A DNA stretch of 64,000 nt from assembly GCA_964016885.1 (NCBI GenBank), contig OZ024756.1:40424001-40488000 (forward strand). The letters are read 5' to 3'. Under the pieces are notes generated by a model, which was not told the origin of the DNA, ran no database searches, and was given only the letters and a program-made list of their open reading frames with translations. Position numbers and translations under genes: made by a program. Origin of the DNA: Eledone cirrhosa (Eukaryota). This document shows, in pieces, positions 38,916-52,300 of the stretch (position 1 is the stretch's first letter; the number at the start of each line of letters is the position of its first letter).

Positions 38916-41900
38916 AGTGTGAACAAATCAGTAAATGAAAGTTCTTTACTGTTTAAAAAAGGAACATTAAAGAACATCTGACACAGAGAAAGAAGGAGGA
39001 GGAGAAGAAGTATTAGTAATGTAATAGTGTGACCAGCTGTTGATGTTGTTTTTCACTAATGTAATGATCTCTTTCTTCTTATCTATCGATATAATAGATC
39101 AATATTATCGATCTGACATGCCTAGTGATTTTTTATTTGTCTCTTTAATATCCTCCAATCCCGTCATGGTCCACTTTGCTTTTCACCCTTCAGAGATCAA
39201 TAAGATGAAGTACCAGCTATGTACTGGGATTGGTTTAATTGACTTTCCTTTGTCCCTAGAATTGCTGGCCTTGTGCCAATCTTAAAAAGAATTTCTATAG
39301 CTTTGACAGATATGGTAAAGCCCCTGCTTTATCGAAGAGGTCTTATAAGATCGAAACACGCCCTCTCTCTCCAGAGATGTCTCTGTACTTGTCAAAGAAA
39401 ATCAGTTATATTTTTATCCTTGTTATATGCTTATTTTTAAAAAAAAGTGATTTTTTTTTTTTGGAGGGGGTAGGTTTAGAGTTACCTCCCTTGTCTGACT
39501 AGAGTAGCTGTAAAGCAGGAGACATCATCATCATCGTCGTTTTTACTCTGGCTTTTCCAGGCTTGCATGGGTTGGACAGGTCTTTCTCAGCACAGCATAT
39601 CTCCATATCTTCACTGGCCACCTTCCTTCGTCATCTCTTCTGTCAGTCTCAGCAATTTAAGATCATCTCTCACCCCCGCCCCCTACAACTCTATCAGGAT
39701 TTATACAAACAATGTGACTAGTTTAGTTTTTAGAACTGTTAATTGCTATAAAGACTATTATTGTTGCTGCTGATGGCTAAATAATAAAAATAATAATAAT
39801 AAATATATAATAATGCTTTCTTTAACCACAAGGGTTGACATAAAGTATAACATTAAGGACAGCACAGGACGGTACAAATGGGCTTTCTACATGTTACATA
39901 TATATATATATATATACATAAAAAATAAAAAATAAAAACAAAGGATGGAACAAGAAAAAAATGAAAACAAAGGAAAAATTCCCCCAATAGTGGGGAGATT
40001 TCCGAGGGTCACTCGTGGAGAAAGCCAACAAAAAGTTATGGTCACCCTGACTGCTAGGGTAAGCGCCCCCTTCCAGTTTTCTTCCTATGATACTACAGGC
40101 ACACACATCGGCCATTTTGCCTTAATTTCTTTATTAACCATAATTAAATGATTTCTTTTACCATAATGTAATAATGTGTGTGACAGCTCACACCTCTGCA
40201 GGTTTAGCTGGCCTCCTCCAAGGTATATCTCGTTGGAGGTGTCTTGGGTGATTTAATGATAGGGATCCCAGTCATTTCTATAGCTGAGTAAATTGGAGCA
40301 ATGTGAAATAAAGTGTCTTGCTCAAGGAAACAACACATCACCTGGTCCGAGAATTGAACTCACAGCCTTTCGATTGCAAGCCACACGCCTTCACAATAAT
40401 GAAATAATAATAAGAAATTACCACAGAAGCCTAACTGTCCCTTCAGTGATACATAAAAACATGAGAACTTTCCAGTCACATCCGCATCAGTGAACTCCAC
40501 TATAAGATAGCAGAACCTGATGTGGCTTGGGAACTGTTGTCAGCTCTGGCTAGTTCTACTGTCAAAGGCCTCGCTGTCCTCCAGTATATAGATGTCCAAC
40601 ATAACTGGTATTTCTTTTATCGAGTTTGGTAAAATAAATACTGGAGTCGATACTTTATATCTCTTTCTCATGCTCTATCTTTCTCTGCTGAAAGAAATCT
40701 GCTGTACTCAGGCCTGGAGAGGAGAAATTCTGTATGTCAATACACCACCCCTGTGACTCCACCAGGAGTTACAGACCCATACCATACCACATGTGCTTAC
40801 ATGGTAAACTCTCATAAAATGTTAAAACTAACCATTACAATACCAAACACTGGATCAGGGAAGTTGCCACAAAAATGTGTGCAGTTGTAAAGTTTCCTTA
40901 AAATAAACCCTGGTGATCAATTGATGATCTCCAGCAGGTATAAAGCCATATTTCTGTAGTTTATTGATACACAGGAATCAATAATAAATAGTGAATATTA
41001 TCAGAAATAATTGTTTCTACTTTTAGCACAAGGCCAGCAAATTACCCAGTACATTACTGGTACTTTATTTTATCGACCTCGTAAGGATGAAAGGCAAAGT
41101 TAACCTCGGCGGGATTTGAACTCAGATCGTAAAGGGACGTAACTATGTTGGAAAGCATGTCTGATCCTCTACCGATACTGCCAATTCACCGCCCTTATTA
41201 ATATCAGAAATAATAATATTAATTATTGAATGATTTTTATTGATTTTTGTCTTTCATTGGATTTCAGACTGTGCTCATAAATTGGGAAATTTCTGAGATT
41301 ATGATACATGTTAAGTGAAAATACTTGGCTTAATGAGTAGGGTTGTTTGGTTGGATAACCACAAGGTGGTGGGTTCGATTCCTAGTGGTGTACTGTGTCA
41401 ATGTTACACACTTTAGTTCAAGTTCCTCATCTAGCAAAAAATGAGTTGTACCTGTAATTCAAATGGACAGCTTTGACACACTGAATCTCCCTGAGAATTA
41501 TGTTAAGGGTGTACATGTCCATGGAATTCTCAGCCACTTAGGTGTTAATTTCATGAGAAAGTTGTTCTGTTAATCGAACTGGAGCACTCGTTATAGTAAC
41601 AGACTAAGGCCAAGCAACATTATTTAGATTTAAAATACATAAAGAAAAAGCAGGCTATATTTAATATTGTTGTAAAGGTCTGGTCTGGGGGCAGCCCTTA
41701 ATATGTCGGTGTTGCTAGTTAGACAATAGATGGGACAAAGGAATACTGTGTAGGACTGGACACCAGTTGACCTTAATCTGGACATGATGTCAAACAGCCA
41801 AACTAGATATGTTCATAACTAATTAAAACACAAAAGTATTACAATTGAAATTATTATCTCCAGTTCAAAGTATTCAATAATGAAAGTATTTAATATCAAA

Positions 41901-42269
41901 AGTATTGTATAATGAAAGTATTGTACAATGAAAGTATTGAATATTGAAAGTATTGTATAATGAAAGTATTGTACAATGAAAGTATTGTATAATGAAAGTA
42001 TTGGATAATGAAAGTATTCAATAGTTATGTCCATTTGTATTCAGTTTTTAACTTGAGCATTTTCATGTTCGCCAACATCAACAATAATAACAATAACAAC
42101 AACAACAACATAATCAACAAAAAGCAATACAAAAAAAAAAGAGAAAATAATTATGATTGAAAAAAAAAAAGATATTTCTAGTTGAAATCTGTAAGAATTG
42201 GAGGTAATAATTCTGTAATATTGGATCGTCTGTTGACATTGGAACATCATCCTCCACAGACTTTCTTAC

Positions 42270-42357
42270 CTGAGGTTTCATTTGAAGGAACCAAATTGGA
42301 ATTACTAATGTTTGGTTTAGTTGAAGTTTCTCTGGAACTGGTTGCCATACTGTTCAT
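42270..42357 (-). CDS. Candidate 5' coding exon MNSMATSSRETSTKPNISNSNLVPSNETS(G)
   Basis: ATG preceded by an in-frame TGA; 88 nt; consensus donor CAG|GTAAGA (phase 1). In frame with the acceptor at 13320 and with the phase-1 acceptors at 9554 and 315. Confidence 0.4.
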
Positions 42358-43395
42358 CTCTAACTGGAGTCTTCAACTAACAATTACACCATACAACTAA
42401 TAGACACAATATCGTACGCTTTTGTCTCGTTTCTTCCACCCCACCCCAACCCCAAGCCCAACATCAACCCCAACCCAACTCAAGCCCACATCAACCCCCA
42501 ACCAATCCCAACCTCTTATCAACTTATCTTATTTACCAAAGTTAATTACTTCATGTCTTTTTGTTGTTCGTTCTTCTACAAGTTTCTATTTTAAGAGAGA
42601 ATAAAAAGATTGTGGTGTGCATATATACGCGTACGTGTGAGTGTGTTTGTGTATGTGTGTGTGTGTGTGTTAAAGACAGTTGTGTGTGTGTGTGTGTGCA
42701 TGTTAAAGGCTTGTATATATATATATATGTGTGTGTGGGTATAATAGACTGTTGTATGTGTGTGTGTGTATGTGTTTGTGAAGGTTCTTTGAAACGGAAA
42801 ACCACAAAATAAACATTCGTAGAAGAACCACCATCATCACCATAACCACCACCACTAGCACCAGTGCCACCACCAACACCACCACCATTCTAACCACAAG
42901 CTCCACCACCACTACCACTACACAACACCAACACCAGCTCCACCACCGCCACCACTATGTATAACTAATTAAGTGGCCTGTCCTTGACTCGGACATGTTA
43001 ATCTGTTTTCAAGAAGACTTATTTCTTCAGTAAAGCCTATGTCATCTGTACTGACTTCACAGACAATACAACTTAAATGAGTTTTAATTAAAACTCTGTT
43101 TTTACAACGTAGCTCACTCTGCAAACTACACAAAGAATTGTCAAAGAATTAAGAGTAATTATTCAACAAAAGCCAAAAGGTGAAGACTGTCACTTCAAAG
43201 TCAAAAGAGATTGGCTTTCAAATAATTGTTAGAACAATTTAGTGACATTATATAAATAATTTACATTTAAGATTAACATCGAATCGTTATTTAGCAGCTG
43301 TTTGTCTTTATTAATTCAGAAAACTTGGTTAAGAAAATATGACATGTTGATGAAAAATTCCTGTTATAGTTTTAGCCCCCCCCCCCCCCACCTCA

Positions 43396-43428
<33 letters not shown>

Positions 43429-43586
43429 AAGATATACATATATATATATTTATTTATTTATTCACCCAATGTGCACTGGTATGAATGGTAGTGACATTAA
43501 TGCACCAAAACTGTAGTGATTTCCAGTGTGTGTATATATATATATATATATATAAACGTTTGTATATTGTATATATTAAACGTTTG

Positions 43587-43715
<129 letters not shown>

Positions 43716-43925
43716 GTTTGTATATATATATATTAAAATAACAGATTAAAGTTTAATCTGTTATTTTAATAAATATTTGCTCTAGGGTTCTTATATATTT
43801 GATATATATTTATCCTTATCGAGGCCTCTTTGGATTTTAGTCTTCACATTTATTATTATTTCTATATAAGTATTGAGTACTCTGGTGCATTATGGTCCAT
43901 CTGGTTCCTTACCACAATTCCTTTG

Positions 43926-43982
<57 letters not shown>

Positions 43983-44619
43983 AGAGTGTGTTTATATATA
44001 TATTCAAAATAGGGGGTGCACAGGGCAAAGACAACGGAAAAAAAACAACAGAAAGACAGACAGTCCCAGTCCTCAGTCAACCTCTGGAAATCATTATGGT
44101 TTCAGTACATTAAGGTTGATACCATTTACTCCAGTACACATCGGGGCTAATGAAACAGGTAGAGACATGTTATGCCTTTAGGTGAATTACATAAATATAA
44201 ATGAAAAAGTATCCCGAGTGTGTCAACTGATAAAGAAGGGAGAGAGTGATGCATGAGGGATTAGACAAAGGAGAAGAAAAAATATAGAAAGGAGAGAAAT
44301 AGTAAAATAGAAGAGAATAATAAGGACTGTAGTCGAAAGTAGAGATAAAGAAGAATGATATTGAGGTGTAGTAAAGATAAGGGAGAATAGGGGAAAACAG
44401 ACTGGGTAGAGATACAGTTAGGTTCATGAACTGACACACACACGCATACGCACTGACACACACACATACACACTGACACACACACACATACACACATACA
44501 CACTGACACACACATATGCACTGACATATACACACACGCAGTAATGGTGTTGTGGGAGTAGTCATGGGATGTAGATGAAAAGTTCTTAGGTGGAAACGAC
44601 CAAAGCCACACTGCAGCAG

Positions 44620-44960
44620 CAACACCATCCCTACCAACTACAACAACCACACCACCACCACCATCATCCCTACCAACTACAACAACCACACCACCACCAC
44701 CATCATCCCTACCAACTACAACAACCACACCACCACCACCATCACCCCTACCAACTACAACAACCACACCACCACCACCATCACCCCTACCAACTACAAC
44801 AACCACACCACCACCACCATCACCCCTACCAACTACAACAACAACACCACCACCACCATCACCCCTACCAACTACAACAACCACACCACCACCACCATCA
44901 CCCCTACCAACTACAACAACACCATCCCTACCAACCACACCACCACCACCAACAACTACA
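44620..44960. repeat. 39-bp CA-rich minisatellite, ~8 copies
   Basis: ccctaccaactacaacaaccacaccaccaccaccatca(c/t). Confidence 0.9.
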
Positions 44961-45637
44961 ACACAACCAATAACCACAACAATTACACCACCTCCACCAA
45001 CAAGCACACCACCACAACAACAACACCAACAACAATCATATTGACTGGCCTTAGGTCAAGTGTCGTTTATCTTTTTATTACTGTGTTGAGCTGGCCAAAG
45101 CCAAATCAGCAAGACACTGCCAACAGACCAACACCATCAATACCATCACCCCCACCACTGCCACCATCACCACCACCATCAATACCAGCACCCCACCGCC
45201 ACCAACAATACCAGCACCCCCACCACTGCCACCATCACCATCAATACCAGCACCCCACCACCACCATCAATACCAGCACCCCCACCGCCACCAACGCCAT
45301 CAATACCAGCACCCCCACCACCTCCACCAACAACAACAAAAACACCAGCATAATAATTGTTTCTACTTTTGGCACAAGGCCAGTAATTACCCAGTGCATT
45401 ACTGGTACTTTATTTTATCGACCCCGTAAGGATGAAAGGCAAAGTTAACCTCAGCGGGATTTGAACTCAGAATGGAAAGGGCCGTAACTCTTTGCATCCG
45501 ACCCTCTACCGATACTGCCAATCCACCGAATAATAATGGTTTCTTATACAGGCACAAGGCCAGCAATCTTGGCGGAGGGGAAAGTCGATTAAATCAACCC
45601 CAGTGTGTTACTGGTACTTTATTTTATCGACCCCGAG

Positions 45638-47770
45638 AATGGACAATTACATCATCAAGATATACCAGATATATTCACCAATCCAGGCCAACCAGCACAA
45701 GCTGCATGAGTTTCTGGAGCTTAGCTGGTACATTTGTAAGGCTGAAGAGCAGTACTTTGAACTGGTAGAGCCCATTCGCTGTGGTGTAGGTGTATTACTT
45801 TTAATTAGTAGAGCCCATTCCCTGTGGTTGAAGCAGTTTTGGCCAGTAACCAGAGGCCAAATCCATGACTGAGAATATATGGGATCCTGGAAGAGTATCA
45901 AGACATCAACTCCTGGTAAAGAATGTGGGTCTTTGTGTGTTACACTGATCAATCTCCTATAGTCAACACAATATCAGTACAAGCCATCTTTCTTATGAGC
46001 TAAAATAACTGGTGATGCCCACGGATTTTGGCTTTCTTCAATAATACCATTTTTCAACATCTCAGAGGTCTATTGACTTCCTCTTTTAGATCTATTGGGA
46101 TTCCAAAGCCAAATTTTATTTGAACCTTCCCCAGTATATCAATACGTTCACCATTAGCTGCTGTTGTCCTTATATGACTAGCCAGTTCTAGCTGTTTAAA
46201 TTTCAGAACATTGTGATTCATTTAAAATACTTTACTATCGTCAAAGCTGACCCTGTATCAATAAGTGCTTCCGTAGAGCAATCATCATCATTAACACTAA
46301 TTCCAACAGAAGAGGAAGAAAGTTCATTTCACACCAACACCGTTGTGTCAACTGTACCATTTGTGTCAACTACCATTTGTGTTAACTATACTATTTGTCA
46401 ACACAGTTTAGTTTAACCCTTTAGTATTCACATTACTCTATATATATACGATTATATTTTCATGGTAAAGGCTTTACCTCACATAATATCGAATCTATGA
46501 GATTTTGAAAGTATTTATTTTGAGAACAATACCATACCATCAGTTTGAGTGACCAGTTACAGCCAGTTTCAACAGAAGGAGGTAGAGAATTCTGGCCGGT
46601 TTGAACATTAAAGGGTTAAAGATTTGTCCTGGAATGAGGGGCAATCTTTAGCAAAGTGGCCAATCAGGCATTTCTGCTACCGTTTCCCCTTCCAAAACCT
46701 CTTGACCCACAGCCATAAGCACGTGTCATACATCTACTAATTCCTCTCCTACGTCATTCCAGAATGTCATTCTCTTTGAATATGACCTTACCCTACACCC
46801 CACTAATAACAAATCAATGGTGTTTTTATATTACTAAGCCCCTTTAACTTAGTAGCCATCGCTATTATTTGTTCACTTAATTAATCCACTTTATTTTGAA
46901 TGACTGAACGTTGTATTTTCACTTTTCTACGCCATGTTTTGCTATTTTGACTGCCATATCAAGTCTTTGGTTCCCTATTAAGGACCTTATTTACCATGTC
47001 AACAGTCTTTGGTTCCTTATTAAAGACCTTATTTACCATATCAACAGTCTTTGGTTCCTTATTAAAGACCTTATTTACCATATCAACAGTCTTTGGTTCC
47101 TTATTAAAGACCTTATTTATCATATCAACAGTCTTTGGTTCCTTATTTACGATATCAACAATCTTTGGTTCCTTATTAACGACCTTATTTACCACATCAA
47201 TTCCACACATGAAGTGTGTGAGTATCATATCTTTTACTGCCTCACTATTATATTTTGGAGAAGCTCTAGATCCAAGCTGCTTCAATTCAGCAGCATAGAC
47301 TCTCAAATGTTCTCCTTCCTTCCTCTTTCAATATATCAGCTCTGCACGAAATGACTCTAACAGGGTTCACCAGGCAAATACCTCCATGAAAACCTGTAAT
47401 TTTTCTGTAATCCTTTTCGTCTCCATTACAAATACTTCTATATATTGCAAAAGGCTGTATCTCCGAGTAAAGTTGGAAACAAAGAGACATTTTCCTCATC
47501 TTTAACATCCAGTACAATACACCATATATCAAACCTTTCACTTCAGGTCACAAAACCATCCATTGAATCGTTGTGGCAAAGTAAGAAAGGTTTATTATAT
47601 CTGCTTTCTTTATATTCAGCAAAAATGTATGAATCCAAAATCCAAAATATGAACAAGAAACTAAAAACACACTCTAAATATCCACAGAAAGTATATAAAA
47701 TGTTCAAATATTACCGGTGATTATGAAATATTTGAAGACAAAACTGTTCCCCGCTGCCGCCAAATATTGA
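45638..47770 (-). mobile_element. Decayed Ty3/Gypsy LTR retrotransposon (PBS, gag zinc knuckle, protease, RT)
   Basis: On minus: PBS-like TGGCGGCAGCGG 47762-47751; GHFAKDCP knuckle ~46640; LIDTGS protease ~46250; EMLKNGIIEESQNPWASPVILAHKKDG..CVDYRRL..KDPHSLP ~46065-45910; YLDD ~45655. Stops and frameshifts present; interrupted by a MITE at 46413-46619. Confidence 0.88.
46413..46619. mobile_element. piggyBac-type MITE, unit length, inserted in the Gypsy relic
   Basis: TTAACCCTTTAG...TTAAAGGGTTAA, 207 bp. Confidence 0.8.
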
Positions 47771-48479
47771 AAAGATCACATCTTCTGTCTGCAACCGGTG
47801 TCACTTTTTGTCGTGTCTTCTTTGTAATTAGATGTGCCGCAAAAAACCAATATTAAGTTTCAAGGTGTTGGGTTTACCGGCTACGTAGCCTGTTCGAAAT
47901 ACAAACTGAAATTCGTATGGAAGTTGTTCTGTAGCTATCAAAGTGGCAAAAAAGTACAGTTTAGTAACAAGATTTGTGAAAATATCACAATCTGTCAACT
48001 GTGTTTGAGAGGGGGTTTGTGTGTTAAGTTTATTTTTGCTAATTAAGTGCACCAGCATATTTTTGCATAAAAAAAAAAAACGTTTGGAAACCACTGGTCT
48101 ATACAGTATATACACTGTTTATACACTATATATAGTGTCTATACATAATCGGAGTTTTGCAGATCTACACTCCTCCACTTGCGTTTTGTGGAAAATGGTT
48201 ACTTTCTTTGTCGTTCTATCAGCTAATCTGACCTCCAAGATGCTCGCAATCGACTTTTCCCTGGGTAAAAGGAAACCCTAACCCGAATCTGGGGAGAAAA
48301 GTAGATTGTGAGCATCTTGGAGGTCAGATTAGTTGATTGCACTCGGGAAAAAAACGTGGAAACTATCTTTTTCTACTGAAATCGAAGGATGGCTTTTGTT
48401 TTTTTCATAATACCACCAATATTTTAACTGCCGAGTTTAAAAAAAGAAAAATTAAGGCTAGAATAAAATTTGTTAGATA

Positions 48480-48564
48480 CTTATTTCCTCTAACACCGGC
48501 TACATCCGGTTACACTGTTCTACACGTGAATTTATGTGTATTTTGAGTTTTCCTTAGCATTTTG
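48480..48564 (+). other. Probable non-coding first exon of UTP4 (5' boundary approximate)
   Basis: Strong donor TTG|GTAAGT at 48564/48565 after a CpG-containing region. The first coding exon has an acceptor at 49381, 18 nt before the ATG, so an upstream UTR exon is expected. Confidence 0.55.
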
Positions 48565-49399
48565 GTAAGTGTTTGTTTTATATTTCAATATATTTCTTTA
48601 TTGGTAAATATAAACATCTATTTCTTGATTTATGTATAATAAACACACACACACATATATATATACACTCATGTCTTAATCCTAATGTGTATAATTATTC
48701 AACACAACTCGATGTAAACACGTGGGATTTCTATTAACCGGTTCAGAGATGTAGAAGGCTGTCAATTGACAGAGCTGTTAGAATATCTGATGGAATGTTT
48801 TGTTGGTGCTAGCATAAAATACAACCTGTACACCGGTAGTGCTGGAACCGTTATAAAATACACCCAATACACTCTGTAAAGCGATAGTGCTGGTGTCATG
48901 ATAAAATATACCCAGTACACTCTGTAAAGTGGTAGTGCTGGTGTCATGATAAAATACACTCTGTACACTCTGTAAAGCGGTAGTGCTGGAACCGTTATAA
49001 AATACATCCAGTACTCTGTGGAGCCATGATATGCTTAAGAAGGACATCCGACTGTAGAAAGAGTGCCAAAAATGGAATGTTTCAGCCAGGCCTGGTTCTC
49101 GAACTCTTATAAGCTTGGCTCATGACGACCTCTCTAACCCCTGCTAACATGGAGAAATAGACGTAAAGTAATGATTATATAACCTGCTACTTATTCTATC
49201 TTTTGGTGCCCCTTACCAGGGATGGTTTGGTATAAAAAGGGTTTAAAGGATCAGTGTATGAGGAGACTGATATAAGAATGGTTGGGGGTGTTTCCTAAAT
49301 TATTTTCAGTGAGGCTGCAGTTTTCAGAAGTTGGGGAAAAGGGGCAACATTCTGGATTTTATGTTTATTTTATCTTTCCAGATTTAGGACGATCTCAAG

Positions 49400-52300
49400 A
49401 TGGGGGACTTTAAAGTTCACCAGGTGAGATTTTACTCACCCAAGATGTTGGGAATCCAGTGTTTCTCTTACAACGAATTCAACAAAAAGTTGGCCGTATC
49501 ACGGTAAAGTATTCATTCTTTTCACACATACACATCATCATCATTTTATGTTGGTATGGGCCAGACCGATTATCATGGTTAGAGGAGCACATCTTCACTC
49601 ATACATTCCAAATTCGGGGTATTGTTTCTATGATATCCTCTTAATGATCACACAAAGCAGTAAGGGAGCTTGTACAAGGTTGCTTGGCTTGTTAGAAATA
49701 GCAACCAAATCTCCCTCAAATCACACCATACATCTTAAACAAAGATTTAATGGACAGTATAGTTACAGATGTAGAAAACAACACTGGTTACTGTTGGAAG
49801 ACTTTTAACCCTTTAGTATTTAAACTGGCCGTATCTAGCCAGAATTCTCTCACCTCTTTCTGTTCAAACTGGCTGCTCTTACTGTTGTTATGGTATTGTT
49901 CTCAAAATAAATAACATAAAAATCTCATAGATTTTAATGTTATGTGAGATAAAACCTTTACCACAAAAATACCATGGTATATATCAAGTAATGTAAATGC
50001 TAAAGGGTTAATCATAAGTATGTATGTTCAGTGAAATGTGACCTGAAACTAAACAACAGTAACCATGTCATGATAGTCACAACAAACCTACCTTCAGAAA
50101 CAAACATGGACTTTTATTGGTGACATATATTATATTATTTCTCTGTTTCTTTCAGAACTGATGGCTCCATTGAAATTCTTAGAAACTGGTACAAAGAAAT
50201 GGTAAACTATTTCATCATTTCTATTTTTCTAAAGAATTAATTCTAGTAAACCTAACCCCTAGGCTACATACCTTTACACTAGTTCTGTTACACCTCCTAA
50301 AATTGCACTTTGTTTTGTGTGTTGATATTTTTGTTTATTCCATATTTCAGGTAATTCCAGGTGATATAGACCAGCCTATTGAGACGATACTCTGGGTTTC
50401 CAATCGACTCTTCTCAGCTGGAGGATCTGGAGAAGTTATAGAATATGATCTTATTAAGCTAGAACCAAAGGTAAAACATCTTCTATGTTGGTTTATCTTG
50501 TTAGTGAGTTGGTAGAGCGTCAGATTAAATGCTGTGATGTTTGTTCCAGTTCTCTGTCTTCTGAGTTCAAATCCTGCTGAGGTCAACTTCATGTCGATAC
50601 ATTAAAGCTCCAACATCTGGAAACTGACCCAGAAGATTATTAACCATCTTGCCAACAACAAACCCTGAGCACCTTTTTGAATTCCATGTGTCTAACACCG
50701 ATGAACATGCTTACAAAGTCAGAAAACAGCACAGCTCCCATGACTTTTGGAAACATTTTTTCAGACTCAGAGTTGCTGAAGCATGGAACAAACTACCTGT
50801 ATCAGTTGTTAGCTATAGGGATACTGCATTCTTCAAAACTTCCATGCTTCCTGAAATTTACCAACACTACACTTGATATTTCCCCTCCATACACACACAA
50901 ATGCATGTGTCTGTGTGTATATTACAACTCTTACATTTTCACTTTCCTGACATTTGTACATTATTCTGTGTACTATACATGCACCTTTAATGAGTTGTAA
51001 TGCACCTGAGCACTGGACACAATAATTTGCATTATATATAAAGAAAATTGTTAAAGTGGGGGCCACATATTCATATATTTTTCAGTGCCTAAAGGGTATT
51101 TTACTCAATTTTCTAACACTGTTAATTGTAGTGAATCTGTGTTTGGATTTGAATCTGTGTTGAATTGAAATATTTCTCTTGTCTCTGTATATTTAGAATA
51201 AGGCCCACTGCAATGCTGGATCTATCTGGTGCTCAGTGAAAAACCAATCAAATACTCGAATAGCTGTGAGTAGACATTATTATTTTGAATGTTTTAGTGT
51301 ATATACCGCTATATTGTATATACAATATATACCTATGTATTGTATATAGTTGTATACAATTTATAGCTATATATTGTATATAACTATAAATTGTATATAC
51401 CCATGTATTGTATATACTTATATATTGTATATAGTTATATAAAACTATATTGGTATATATTGCTTTAGCAAAGGAAAATGGCTTGTAAACTCTTGCCATC
51501 TTGTGGCACTCTCAAAGCAATTCTGCCAAAAGCTAAATAAAATTTAATGTTGTTGTTTTTCTGTCTTGCAGGTTGGTACTGATGGTGGCTGTGTGGTATT
51601 ATTTGATGTTGAAGGCGGCTGCTTAAATTATCTGAAAACCTTCAGTAAACAAGAAGGTAAGTCTTTTACTTTGACTAATATTCATGATTTCTTACTACGT
51701 TCTCCTTCAGTAGAAATATTTTTGTTGTCTAGCAACTGTGGAGCATCTATCTGCCTATGTGTGTGTGTATCTGTCTGTGTCTCTATGTGTTTATCTGTAT
51801 ATATGTGTGTATCTATCTGTATATGTGTGTGTATCTGTCTGTCAGTGTGTGTGTGTGTGGTCCCTCTCACTAAGAAATACATGTATTTGCACTACTAAAT
51901 GTTTTCTTTTCTTTATCTCAGGTCGTATTCTTTGTTTGGACTGGCACATTTCTGAAGAAATCATTGTTACAGGAGGAATTGATAATATTCGAGTGTGGAA
52001 CGTCAGTTCTGGGATCGCAGTCGAACGTTTCACCTTGAAGAGATTCAAAGCAAAGCAGACCATGGTCTGGTGTATCAAAATATTAGCGTAAGCATTTTAT
52101 TGTTTTTGATTATGATACAATAGAGGGTAGAGAGGACTCTTCCATCTGGCTGAATGCATGAGAACCTCTCTAGTACTGGTGCCATGATAAAATACACCCA
52201 GTACTCTCTGTAAAGCGGTATGTGTATATGTATAGATATAAACTATGTGTACCTGGTAAAACATTGCCGTTAGATGTCCTATCTAACCCATGCCAGCATG

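Noticed and set aside
45647-47541. Functional or domesticated Gypsy protein
   Set aside because: Multiple stops, frameshifts and a MITE insertion; treated as a relic.
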